From an uncultured Acetatifactor sp. (lineage in GTDB: Bacteria > Bacillota > Clostridia > Lachnospirales > Lachnospiraceae): a stretch of DNA of 64,000 nucleotides. The first letter of the stretch is position 1. Each line of letters opens with the position of its first letter. Positions 8,606-16,961 of this stretch are shown piece by piece. Below the pieces are notes generated by a model. That model did no database searches, was not told the DNA's origin, and was given only the letters and a program-made list of their open reading frames with translations. The stretch is taken from contig CAQUWW010000001.1 of assembly GCA_948896875.1 (NCBI GenBank), positions 20,056-84,055 on the forward strand. The letters run 5' to 3'. Made by a program: the position numbers and the translations under genes.

Positions 8606-9289
8606 ATGAACATACTTGAAGTACAGAATCTAAGCAAAACATACGGAAAGGGCGAGGCGGAAGTCCGCGCGTTGTGCCAGGTATCCTTTTCCGCGGCCAG
8701 AGGCGAGTTCATTGCCATCGTCGGAGAGTCCGGTTCCGGGAAAAGCACCCTTTTAAATGTGGTAGGCGCGCTGGACAATCCTACTTCCGGGAAAGTGTAT
8801 ATCGACGGGAAGGATATTTTTTCCTTACCTGAGAAGAAGCTGACGATATTCCGCCGTCAGAACATAGGATTTATTTTTCAGTCCTTTAACCTGATTCCGG
8901 AATTGAATGTGGAACAGAATATCACATTTCCATTGCTCCTGGATTACCGAAAGCCGGACTGGAAGTATGTGGAGGAGCTTCTGGGGATACTGGGTTTAAC
9001 AGAGCGCAGAAAGCACCTTCCCAGCCAGCTCAGCGGCGGTCAGCAGCAGCGGGTGGCAATCGGAAGGGCTCTGGCTGCCAGGCCCGCCATGATCATGGCG
9101 GACGAACCCACGGGAAATCTGGACAGCAGGAACAGCCGGGAGGTTATCACTCTTCTGAAATCCATGTCGGCCAGATACAGGCAGACCATATTGATGATTA
9201 CCCATAACGAGAACCATGCGGATGCGGCTGACAGGGTGTTGCGGATGGCGGACGGACGGCTACAGGATTTGGGGGTGACAGTGCAATGA
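8606..9289 (+). CDS. ABC exporter ATP-binding protein (LolD/MacB-like)
   Basis: GESGSGKS, LSGGQQQRV and DEPTGNLD. Confidence 0.95.
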   Translation: MNILEVQNLSKTYGKGEAEVRALCQVSFSAARGEFIAIVGESGSGKSTLLNVVGALDNPTSGKVYIDGKDIFSLPEKKLTIFRRQNIGFIFQSFNLIPELNVEQNITFPLLLDYRKPDWKYVEELLGILGLTERRKHLPSQLSGGQQQRVAIGRALAARPAMIMADEPTGNLDSRNSREVITLLKSMSARYRQTILMITHNENHADAADRVLRMADGRLQDLGVTVQ

Positions 9290-11676
9290 AAAGCTATTTA
9301 GGTCTCATTCCCCAATATGAAAAAGTTCATCGCAGAAACAATCGTATTTCCATCTTATGCATTGTGCTTTCCGTATGCCTGGTGATGGCAATTTTCAGCA
9401 TGGCAGATATGGCAATGCGTTCCCAGAAGAATTATTTCATCAAAACCAACGGAGAATACCATGTGGCCCTCCATGATGTGGAGGGAGAAACGGCGGAGCT
9501 GATATCGGCAAGGATAGATGTGGCTCAGGCCGGCTGGGTCTACCAGGGAAGCGCAGGGAGCTTAAACGGAAAGCCGGTCAGCTTTGCCGGGGCAAATGAA
9601 AGGACAATGGAATCTCTGACGGAGATGAATATGGTGGAGGGAAGCTATCCTGTTTTGTCGGATGAGGCTCTGTTGAATGAGACGGCCATGGAACAGTTCG
9701 GAACAGATATCGGCGATGAGGTGACAGTCCTTGTTCCGGACGGAAGTGCAAAGGTATATCGGATTACAGGCATTCTGGAGGACATGGGCTCCATGCTGAA
9801 AGCGGATGTCTGCGGCATGGTACTCAGCGAGGAAGGCTTTCTGGCCATTGCGGATGAAAATGCCGCGGACGGGACTACCTTCCGCATACAGTTCAAAGAC
9901 GGCGTTCCTATTCAGAAAGCCATCCGGGAAATCAGGGAACAATATGCCCTCCAGGACGGCCAGATTTCGGAAAACACCGCTCTGCTGGGCCTGATGGGAC
10001 AGAGCGAAAGCAACATCATGCAGGCACTCTATCTGATTGCCGCTATTCTGGTACTGCTGGTCCTGATTGCGGGAACTGTGATGATATCCGCCAGCTTTAA
10101 TACAAATGTGCTGGAACGGACACAGTTTTACGGGCTGCTTCGGTGCCTCGGCGCCTCCCGGAGCCAGGTGAAACGCTTTGTGATACTCCAGGGATTGCGG
10201 CAGAGCGCAAAGGGCGTTCCGCTGGGATTGCTGACCGGACAGATTGCCACATGGTGTGCCTGTCTGCTGTTAAAGTCGGTGAGCGGGGACAGATTCTCGG
10301 AAGTGCCTCTGTTTGAATTCAGCGTGGCGGGCATTCTGGCAGGAATCACGGTGGGGTTTGCGATTGTTCTTCTGGCAGCGCTTTCTCCTGCAAAGAAGGC
10401 TTCCGGCGTCTCCCCTGTCACCGCGGTAAACGGCAGTTCGCAGCTGATGCAGAATACACATGCGGCAAATACGAAGCTTTTCCGTGTGGAGACAGGGATG
10501 GGCATCTTTCATGCTGTCTCAGGGAAAAAGAATCTGTTTCTCATGACCTGTTCTTTTGCCATAAGCATTATGCTATTCCTGGCTTTTCAGGTCATGGTGG
10601 TATTCCTGAACCAGGGAATGCCCGCTCTGTCTGCCTCCGCGGCGGATATATCCGTTGTGGCAGACGCAGGTATGGAACCTTCTGTCGTTGAAGAGATCGT
10701 AAAACTGGAGGGTGTGGATAAGGTCTTCGGAAGAATGGAATGCCGGGGAACAGAGATTACTTCCGCCGCAGAAAATGGTACTGTCACTCTGATTTCCTAT
10801 GAGGAAAATCAATTCCGATGGGCACAGGAAGCACAGATTGGCGGAGGGGGATTTTCAGGAAGCCGCATGGCCGACGGAAGCGGAAGCTTCCAGGGAAGAG
10901 GTACATTTGACGGGAAGATCGCAGCCGTCGCAGAGGGAAGCGGGGAAGTGCTGGTCACTTATCGGGACGGCATGCGCTGGCAGGAGGGAGACATTCTGAC
11001 GCTTCATACGCCGCTGGGAGAGAAGCAGGTGACAATCGCAGGTATCCTCTCCACCGCAAATACATCTGTCGAAGCGGGAAGCCTGGGCTACATCATAGGC
11101 TCCGAAGAACTGCTTGCGGAAGCGGCGGGAGACAGGGGGTATACTTCCATAGACGTACAGCTTGCCGGGAACGCCGGTGATTCGACGGTAGCGGCAATCC
11201 GAAGCCTTTTTCCGGCGGATTGTTTCCTGTCGGACAAAAGACTTTCCAACCAGGAAGCCCAGAGCTCTTATTACACAGGAGCCATCTTTATCTATGGATT
11301 CCTGCTGATTATTGCACTGATAACCGTATTCAATATTTTCAACAGCATGAATGCCAGCGTGGCCGCAAGGACAAGGCAGTACGGCATTATGCGGTCGATT
11401 GGCATGGGCTCAGGTCAGCTCTCTAAAATGATTGCGGCGGAAGCAGTCACCTATGCAGTCTTGGGCTGTATAACAGGGTGTATCCTGGGACTGCCATTAA
11501 ATAAGATGATGTTCCAGTTCCTGATTGCCGGTAAATGGGGAATCAGCTGGAAGATTCCGGCAGCGTCATTGCTGTTGATTGTGGCATTGTGCGCCGTCTC
11601 CGCGGTACTGGCAATCTGGCGGCCCATTCAGAGAATCCGGCGTCTGTCTGTTGTGGATACGATAAAACTACAATGA
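9286..11676 (+). CDS. FtsX/MacB-like ABC permease with two FtsX halves
   Basis: ATGA overlap with the ATPase; duplicated motifs ERTQFYGLLRCLGAS and RTRQYGIMRSIGM; multiple TM segments. Confidence 0.9.
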   Translation: MKSYLGLIPQYEKVHRRNNRISILCIVLSVCLVMAIFSMADMAMRSQKNYFIKTNGEYHVALHDVEGETAELISARIDVAQAGWVYQGSAGSLNGKPVSFAGANERTMESLTEMNMVEGSYPVLSDEALLNETAMEQFGTDIGDEVTVLVPDGSAKVYRITGILEDMGSMLKADVCGMVLSEEGFLAIADENAADGTTFRIQFKDGVPIQKAIREIREQYALQDGQISENTALLGLMGQSESNIMQALYLIAAILVLLVLIAGTVMISASFNTNVLERTQFYGLLRCLGASRSQVKRFVILQGLRQSAKGVPLGLLTGQIATWCACLLLKSVSGDRFSEVPLFEFSVAGILAGITVGFAIVLLAALSPAKKASGVSPVTAVNGSSQLMQNTHAANTKLFRVETGMGIFHAVSGKKNLFLMTCSFAISIMLFLAFQVMVVFLNQGMPALSASAADISVVADAGMEPSVVEEIVKLEGVDKVFGRMECRGTEITSAAENGTVTLISYEENQFRWAQEAQIGGGGFSGSRMADGSGSFQGRGTFDGKIAAVAEGSGEVLVTYRDGMRWQEGDILTLHTPLGEKQVTIAGILSTANTSVEAGSLGYIIGSEELLAEAAGDRGYTSIDVQLAGNAGDSTVAAIRSLFPADCFLSDKRLSNQEAQSSYYTGAIFIYGFLLIIALITVFNIFNSMNASVAARTRQYGIMRSIGMGSGQLSKMIAAEAVTYAVLGCITGCILGLPLNKMMFQFLIAGKWGISWKIPAASLLLIVALCAVSAVLAIWRPIQRIRRLSVVDTIKLQ

Positions 11677-11699
11677 TTGGTTCCGCAGATCGGTTTTGG

Positions 11700-13199
11700 C
11701 TAAAACATCATTCTTTCCATATATTCTTCGGCGAAAACCGGGTCTGAGGATAGCTCCAGTACCTGCGCCAGTTTTGCATAGTGTTCACAGGAAGCGCGAT
11801 ACTCCTGATTTAATAAAAGCATGGCGGCGCCGCTCAATGCGGCGTTTCCCACCACGCGGATTCGGGAAATCATTTCCGCCGGAAGCAATCCAATCTTCCC
11901 CGCATTTTCCGCGTTCAGATAACTGCCGAATCCCCCCGCGATCACAAGGTGTGAAACGTCTTCGCAGCGCAGTCCGGCAGAAGAAAGGAGAGTACGGATT
12001 CCGGCATGAATCGCCCCTTTGGCTAACTGTACCGCCCGGATATCCTCTCTGCTGAGACGGACCGGAGGCAGAATCATGGCAGAATCCTCTTCCATATATC
12101 CGGTCTCCTCTATCTGACCGGTTTCCAGCAGACAGGCCACCGCGTCCACAATCCCGCTGCCGCAGATTCCCCTGGGGAGACCATCGCCGATGACATGGGC
12201 TGTAAGCCTGCCATTGTGCACGGCGACTCTGTCTATGGCCCCTGGGCCGCCGCCCATTCCCATGGAAATCCCCGCTCCCTCAAAGGCGGGACCTGCGGCG
12301 GTGGAACAGCAGGTAAGCTTTCCCTCATGCCAGAGTGCCATCTCGCCGTTGGTGCCGATATCTGTCAGCAGCTGTGTACTGTCACTTTCACAGATGCCCG
12401 ACGCCAGAAGGGCCGTGATCAGATCTGCGCCCACAAAGGCGGAGGCACAGGGAGCAAGATATACCTCTGTCTCCGAAGAAAGCTCTGCAATGCCCAGCTC
12501 TCCGGCGGATACGGTCTCCCCGAACAGCCTTTTCGCTGCGAAAGGAGCATGGGAAAGAGGTTCGGTGGAAGTGGCAGTGAGCAGATGCAGCATCACGGTA
12601 TTCCCTGTAATTACGACTCCGTCGATTTCGGCCGGCGTTATTCCAGCAGCTTCTGAAAGCTGGGACAGCAGGCAGTCCATAGCTTTACAAATGGCTTCGG
12701 CAATGGCCTTGCCTGCGCCGTCCAGTGCGGCTTCTATTCGTGAAATCACATCCGCGCCCCAGCTACTCTGAGGATTCAGGCGGCTTCCTTCCGCAAGGAG
12801 CGATCCATGAATATCATACAGGCGGGCGGCCAGGGTGGTGGTACCGATATCCAGAACAAAACCGTAAGTCTGAAAGCCGGGCTGAAGCCGAATTTCCGGC
12901 ATATCACCGGAGATCCGGATCTGTCCGTTGCCTGTCCCTGCCAGAGAGACGGTGCAGTCTCCCTTCACTGTGGTACAACAGGCCAGCCGGACTCCCTGCC
13001 GGATTTCTTCTTCCGTCAAAAGCCGTTTCTCCGTGTCCGACAGGTCGCTGACAGCTCCACGGACCGTCACTTTACATTTTCCACAGCGTCCATGGCCTCC
13101 GCAGGGCATACTCATCACTGCTTCCTCTGCCAGTAATTTCCCCAGCAGCGTTCCCGAGGCGGCCCTATATGCGGTTCCGTTCACTGTAATCATCGCCAT
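11700..13199 (-). CDS. ATP-dependent reductive activator of corrinoid proteins (RACE/RACo, ASKHA fold, N-terminal 2Fe-2S)
   Basis: CGGHGRCGKC and RLAC ferredoxin motifs; DIGTTT, GADVISRI, DIGTNGE, AGPAFEG, GICGSG and AGGFG. Confidence 0.92.
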   Translation of the reverse strand: MAMITVNGTAYRAASGTLLGKLLAEEAVMSMPCGGHGRCGKCKVTVRGAVSDLSDTEKRLLTEEEIRQGVRLACCTTVKGDCTVSLAGTGNGQIRISGDMPEIRLQPGFQTYGFVLDIGTTTLAARLYDIHGSLLAEGSRLNPQSSWGADVISRIEAALDGAGKAIAEAICKAMDCLLSQLSEAAGITPAEIDGVVITGNTVMLHLLTATSTEPLSHAPFAAKRLFGETVSAGELGIAELSSETEVYLAPCASAFVGADLITALLASGICESDSTQLLTDIGTNGEMALWHEGKLTCCSTAAGPAFEGAGISMGMGGGPGAIDRVAVHNGRLTAHVIGDGLPRGICGSGIVDAVACLLETGQIEETGYMEEDSAMILPPVRLSREDIRAVQLAKGAIHAGIRTLLSSAGLRCEDVSHLVIAGGFGSYLNAENAGKIGLLPAEMISRIRVVGNAALSGAAMLLLNQEYRASCEHYAKLAQVLELSSDPVFAEEYMERMMF

Positions 13200-13239
13200 T
13201 TCTTTCTCTCCAATCCCTGTTATACGGCTCAAAAAACAA

Positions 13240-13809
13240 CTATTTCGTGGAATAAAACACCGCACCAAAATAAGTAACCGTATTCTGTCCGTTAATATAC
13301 CTCATCCCACACGCGGTGGCAAGCTTTGACACATTGATTCCATAGGTCTCCAGGGAAGATATGGCAAGGTCCGGATGGCGGCAGGGGAGACTATCCACTT
13401 TTGCGCAGACCGGGCAGAGCCGGCATCCACCTGCTCCCAGGTGCAGCACTTTGGCAAAATCATCCCCTTTAAAAAGGTCCCTGAGCCTTTGGGAGAGACT
13501 GTTATGGATTCCGGCGGCAGCTTCCATGCCTTCAATATCATAACTATCTTCCAGAGTTCTTATGGTCTGGTATACAAGAGCCTTGTCATAAGTGCCAATC
13601 TCCCGCATCAGGGTCTCAATATCTCCCGCATCCGGCGGACACATCCAGCATCTGCCATAATTTCCGCAGGCATTAGACTCACAGAGACGTCTGAATTCCG
13701 CCTCCAGTGTAATCTCTGAAACGGGAAGGACAGCCGCCCTGTGGGCTCCCTGCTTCATCACTTCTTCTGCCAGCTTTTCATCAAAGCTATCTGTAACCAT
13801 ATCATTCAC
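13240..13809 (-). CDS. DUF2284-type Cys-rich metal-binding protein
   Basis: CESNACGNYGRCWMCPP, GAGGCRLCPVC, CRHP and SLETYGINV; GTG start after an AGGAG RBS. Confidence 0.85.
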   Translation of the reverse strand: MNDMVTDSFDEKLAEEVMKQGAHRAAVLPVSEITLEAEFRRLCESNACGNYGRCWMCPPDAGDIETLMREIGTYDKALVYQTIRTLEDSYDIEGMEAAAGIHNSLSQRLRDLFKGDDFAKVLHLGAGGCRLCPVCAKVDSLPCRHPDLAISSLETYGINVSKLATACGMRYINGQNTVTYFGAVFYSTK

Positions 13810-13810
13810 A

Positions 13811-13947
13811 GCTCTTCTCCTTTATGCCCCTTCGTTGCCGCTCTTCCTGCGCTTTGCCGTGTCAATCACCAGCACCGCTTCTCCTTTATGCCTCTTCGTT
13901 GCAGCTTCCATGCGCTTTGTTGTGTCAATCACCAGCTGCTCTTCTCC
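13811..13947. repeat. Intergenic tandem duplication, 63-64 bp period, about two copies plus a fragment
   Basis: CTTCTCC starts at 13814, 13878 and 13941; units share TTTATGCC..TTCGTTGC..GCGCTTTG..GTGTCAATCACCAGC. Confidence 0.85.
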
Positions 13948-13948
13948 G

Positions 13949-15067
13949 CTATTTTAGCTTCTTAATTTCTTCCGCGTAATACTGTACCAGCTCAAATTTG
14001 GAACCGGGCATCAGTCTGTGGTCGGGACAGGGTATAAATCCTCCCAGGCTTGCAAGCCGTTTCATTCGCTCAAGCTCCGCGTCCACTGCCGCCTTGTCCT
14101 TGCGGAATGCCGTTTTGTCCATGCCGCCCACTCCCAACATTCCTTTGCCGAATTTCTGGCGGGCAGGCTCGAACTGATCTCCCCACACGCCGATTTCAAT
14201 GGGGAACATGGTATTGACCCCATTCTCGAACCAGGTGGGTAGCAGCTTTTCCGTCACTCCGTCACAGTCCAGAGAAATGACATCGATTCCGTATTGGTGG
14301 CAGAGATCATTTCTTTTTTTATAATGTTTGGCACAGACTTCTTCGAACAGCTCGGGGGAGACCAGAGGACCATTTTTAAAGCAAATATCTTCCCAATAGT
14401 GGGCAAAATCAAATCTGGCCCCTGTCTCCAGTACAGCTTTGACGCATTGATACTGCATTTCGGCATAGGTGTCCACAATGTCAGCGAAAAGCTCCTCATC
14501 TTCGTCATAAATCAGATAGCTCATCCCTATGACCGAGGCCATGTTCCGGATATCTCCCAGAACACTGCCAAGCTTCAGTCCAATTGGAATATCCATGGGC
14601 CTTGTCTCATTGAAATGTCTGTAGTACTCCAAATCCACACGCTCAGGTGAAAATTGCATTTTCGGCCGGTAAAGTGTCTCAAACGCCTCCCTGTCTTTCA
14701 GGAGATAATCATCCTCCGAGGGGATAGAGACAACGCCGGGCTTAATGCGCTCAATCAGCCCTACCTCGTTCTGGACACGTCTGGAACCGTCGGGCAGAAT
14801 CTCCAGTACTTTATACTCGAACGGGGGCATCAGGCCGTTTTGGGTATCCATCACATGGCTCCAGTTGAAATCCCAGCCAATCAAACGGTCCAGTTCCGCT
14901 TCTGCCTGGCTTCCATCACGATTGTCCGGTCCTGCAAGCTCCTTCGGAATCTTTCCCTGTTCGGCCCATTCTTCCAGCAGACTGCTCCAGTAACCGAAAT
15001 GAACCGCAGGGAAACGATCCACCGGCCTGTAATGCAGAATATTCATAGCACGTTCTCTGTTCGTCAT
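13949..15067 (-). CDS. URO-D/methyltransferase superfamily protein (candidate substrate:corrinoid methyltransferase)
   Basis: MTNRERA start, WEDICFKNGPLVSP, LDCDG, GGMDK and GGFIPCPDH. Confidence 0.8.
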   Translation of the reverse strand: MTNRERAMNILHYRPVDRFPAVHFGYWSSLLEEWAEQGKIPKELAGPDNRDGSQAEAELDRLIGWDFNWSHVMDTQNGLMPPFEYKVLEILPDGSRRVQNEVGLIERIKPGVVSIPSEDDYLLKDREAFETLYRPKMQFSPERVDLEYYRHFNETRPMDIPIGLKLGSVLGDIRNMASVIGMSYLIYDEDEELFADIVDTYAEMQYQCVKAVLETGARFDFAHYWEDICFKNGPLVSPELFEEVCAKHYKKRNDLCHQYGIDVISLDCDGVTEKLLPTWFENGVNTMFPIEIGVWGDQFEPARQKFGKGMLGVGGMDKTAFRKDKAAVDAELERMKRLASLGGFIPCPDHRLMPGSKFELVQYYAEEIKKLK

Positions 15068-15087
15068 AGTTTTTCCTTTCTGAAATC

Positions 15088-15214
15088 AAGTCGCTGCGCG
15101 ACGGCTCTAAAGAATAAAGTCCCTTCGACGCACATCTTATGAAAGGAATTTTCATTCGAAAGTACACTCATGAAAATTTCTTTCGTGCGTCTTTGTGACT
15201 TTATAGTATTGCCG
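15088..15214 (-). repeat. Structured dispersed element, copy 2
   Basis: Minus strand ATAAAGTCACAAAGACGCACGAAAGAAATTTTCATGAGTGTACTTTCGAATGAAAATTCCTTTC...GTGCGTCGAAGGGACTTTAT...GCCGTCGCGCAGCGACT aligns with copy 1. Confidence 0.8.
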
Positions 15215-15239
15215 AGAGCACAGCTAAATCAAGTTGCTC

Positions 15240-16256
15240 TTAAACGTTTCCCTCATAATAGTCCTTCACGGCGGCAAAGAAGGCATCAATGTTCTCCCAT
15301 TTGGAGAGAGGGGGAATATCACAGCCGGAAGAGATCACAAAGTTCGGATAACCGCCGCATTTTTCCAGCAGGTCCAATGTGGCTCTGCGGATGGATTCCG
15401 GTGTTCCATTGCAGAATTCCCCGGCCGGGTCCACATTGCCCATGACGACCGTATCCGCCGGGACACGTTCCAGCATTTTCTTCATATCAATGGCATTACC
15501 AAAATGATAAGCGGCTGCTCCTGTCTCCAGAATGGAATCCGCCATATCCACAGTATGGTCTCCACAGTTATGATAAATGACCAGAAACCGGTCATCCTGC
15601 ACCTCATCCACAATCTGCTTTACATAGGGGGAGGAAAACTCTTCCGCAAGGGAGGGGGAGAGCAGGCCTGTCACAGGCTCCGCGAGGACCACACCGTCTG
15701 CGCCTGCCTGCCTGTAGGCCTTGCAGTATTCTATGATAAAGCGTGTGGTTTTCTCCATCACAGTGTGCACCAAATCCGGCTCGTCATAGCAGTCTACCAT
15801 AATTTCTTCCACATCCAGCAGCCGGGCGGCAAGAGAGAAGGGACCGATGGCACCTGCGAAAACCGGTCTGTCGGTGATAAGCTTTACGGCCTTTTCAATG
15901 GTTTCCACATACAGGCCGCTTCTGGCGCTTCCAACTTCCGGAATTTTCAGAGTCTGTGCTTCCTCCTCGTTGTTCACAATCCTGCCCACTACCGTGGGAA
16001 CCTCCCTGTCGCTCACGCGGATTTTGGAACCGAAACACTCGGCTTCCACAGAAAGGTCCATCAGGCTCACTGCGGCGGCACTGTCCGTATGCTCTGCGAT
16101 CAGCTGCATTCCTCTGGCCTGACGGTCACTGTCTGATATCAGCTCCTTCACACTGATTCCCAGCAGAGAAACGGCGGGAAAGGAAAGGATGGGCAATGGC
16201 TTTTTCACCGGAGAAAGCCGGAGCTCCTCCAGCCATTTTTTCATATTTCTTTTCAT
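15240..16256 (-). CDS. MtaA/CmuA-like URO-D family methyltransferase (Zn, thiol-type methyltransferase 2)
   Basis: VEAECFG, GPFSLA, YHNCG (H-x-C), MGNVDP and SSGCDIP. Confidence 0.85.
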   Translation of the reverse strand: MKRNMKKWLEELRLSPVKKPLPILSFPAVSLLGISVKELISDSDRQARGMQLIAEHTDSAAAVSLMDLSVEAECFGSKIRVSDREVPTVVGRIVNNEEEAQTLKIPEVGSARSGLYVETIEKAVKLITDRPVFAGAIGPFSLAARLLDVEEIMVDCYDEPDLVHTVMEKTTRFIIEYCKAYRQAGADGVVLAEPVTGLLSPSLAEEFSSPYVKQIVDEVQDDRFLVIYHNCGDHTVDMADSILETGAAAYHFGNAIDMKKMLERVPADTVVMGNVDPAGEFCNGTPESIRRATLDLLEKCGGYPNFVISSGCDIPPLSKWENIDAFFAAVKDYYEGNV

Positions 16257-16322
16257 ATCGTATGTTTGTACCCCTTTCTTAAGGAGGCCGGCACCTCCTT
16301 TGGAATTATTTCTGAATGGTTC

Positions 16323-16961
16323 TTAAACGGCCGCACATAATTCCACGGCGGCATCCGCTGCGCTGGCGGCATCCGGAGTATACCTGTCCGCACCGATCTT
16401 CCGGCAGTATTCCTCGGTCACAGGCGCGCCTCCGATCATGATTTTCACCTTGTCCCGGATTCCGGCTTCTTCGGCTTTCTTTACCACCTCTTCCATCACA
16501 TCCATTGTGGTGGTCAGCAGGGCGGAACAGCAGATTACCTGGCAATTCTGTTCGATTGCTGTGCTGATATAGGTTTCGGGCTCAACATCCGTACCCAGAT
16601 CGACAACCTCCAGCCCCTTTCCCTCCATCATCATTTTCACGAGATTTTTGCCGATATCATGGAGATCTCCCTTCACGGTGCCGATGCAGACTTTGCCGGT
16701 GGCTTTGATGCCGGCTTCCTCGATCAGGGGCTTTAACACCTGTGCTCCCATGTTCATTGCCCTGGCCGCCACCAGAACTTCCGGAACGTATACTTCATTG
16801 TTCTTGAACTTTTCTCCGATGATGTTCATGCCGTCCAGCAGACCTTCGTTCAGAATCTGATCTACCGGGATTCCCTGGTCTACTGCCTGCTGCACAAGCT
16901 CCTTTACTACCTTTGCCTTTCCCCTTTGAAGATTTTCGGAAATTTCCGCTAGAAGACCCAT
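16323..16961 (-). CDS. Corrinoid (cobalamin-binding) protein, MtaC/MetH-cap type, from an internal start
   Basis: AAAGGAGG RBS before ATG 16961; cap motif YVPEVLVAARAM; base-off motif GDLHDIGKNLV; SALLTTT; IMIGGAP. Confidence 0.9.
   Translation of the reverse strand: MGLLAEISENLQRGKAKVVKELVQQAVDQGIPVDQILNEGLLDGMNIIGEKFKNNEVYVPEVLVAARAMNMGAQVLKPLIEEAGIKATGKVCIGTVKGDLHDIGKNLVKMMMEGKGLEVVDLGTDVEPETYISTAIEQNCQVICCSALLTTTMDVMEEVVKKAEEAGIRDKVKIMIGGAPVTEEYCRKIGADRYTPDAASAADAAVELCAAV

Noticed and set aside
13811..13947. 63-64 bp period as a mini-CRISPR
   Set aside because: The whole unit is duplicated, including the would-be spacer.
15088..15214. Cobalamin or SAM riboswitch in the B12 operon
   Set aside because: No B12-box or SAM-I core was recognisable, and a homologous copy precedes an unrelated SBP gene.
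13949..16256. hemE (uroporphyrinogen decarboxylase) assignment
   Set aside because: The N-terminal RQAGR motif of HemE is absent; corrinoid/RACE context favours methyltransferases.
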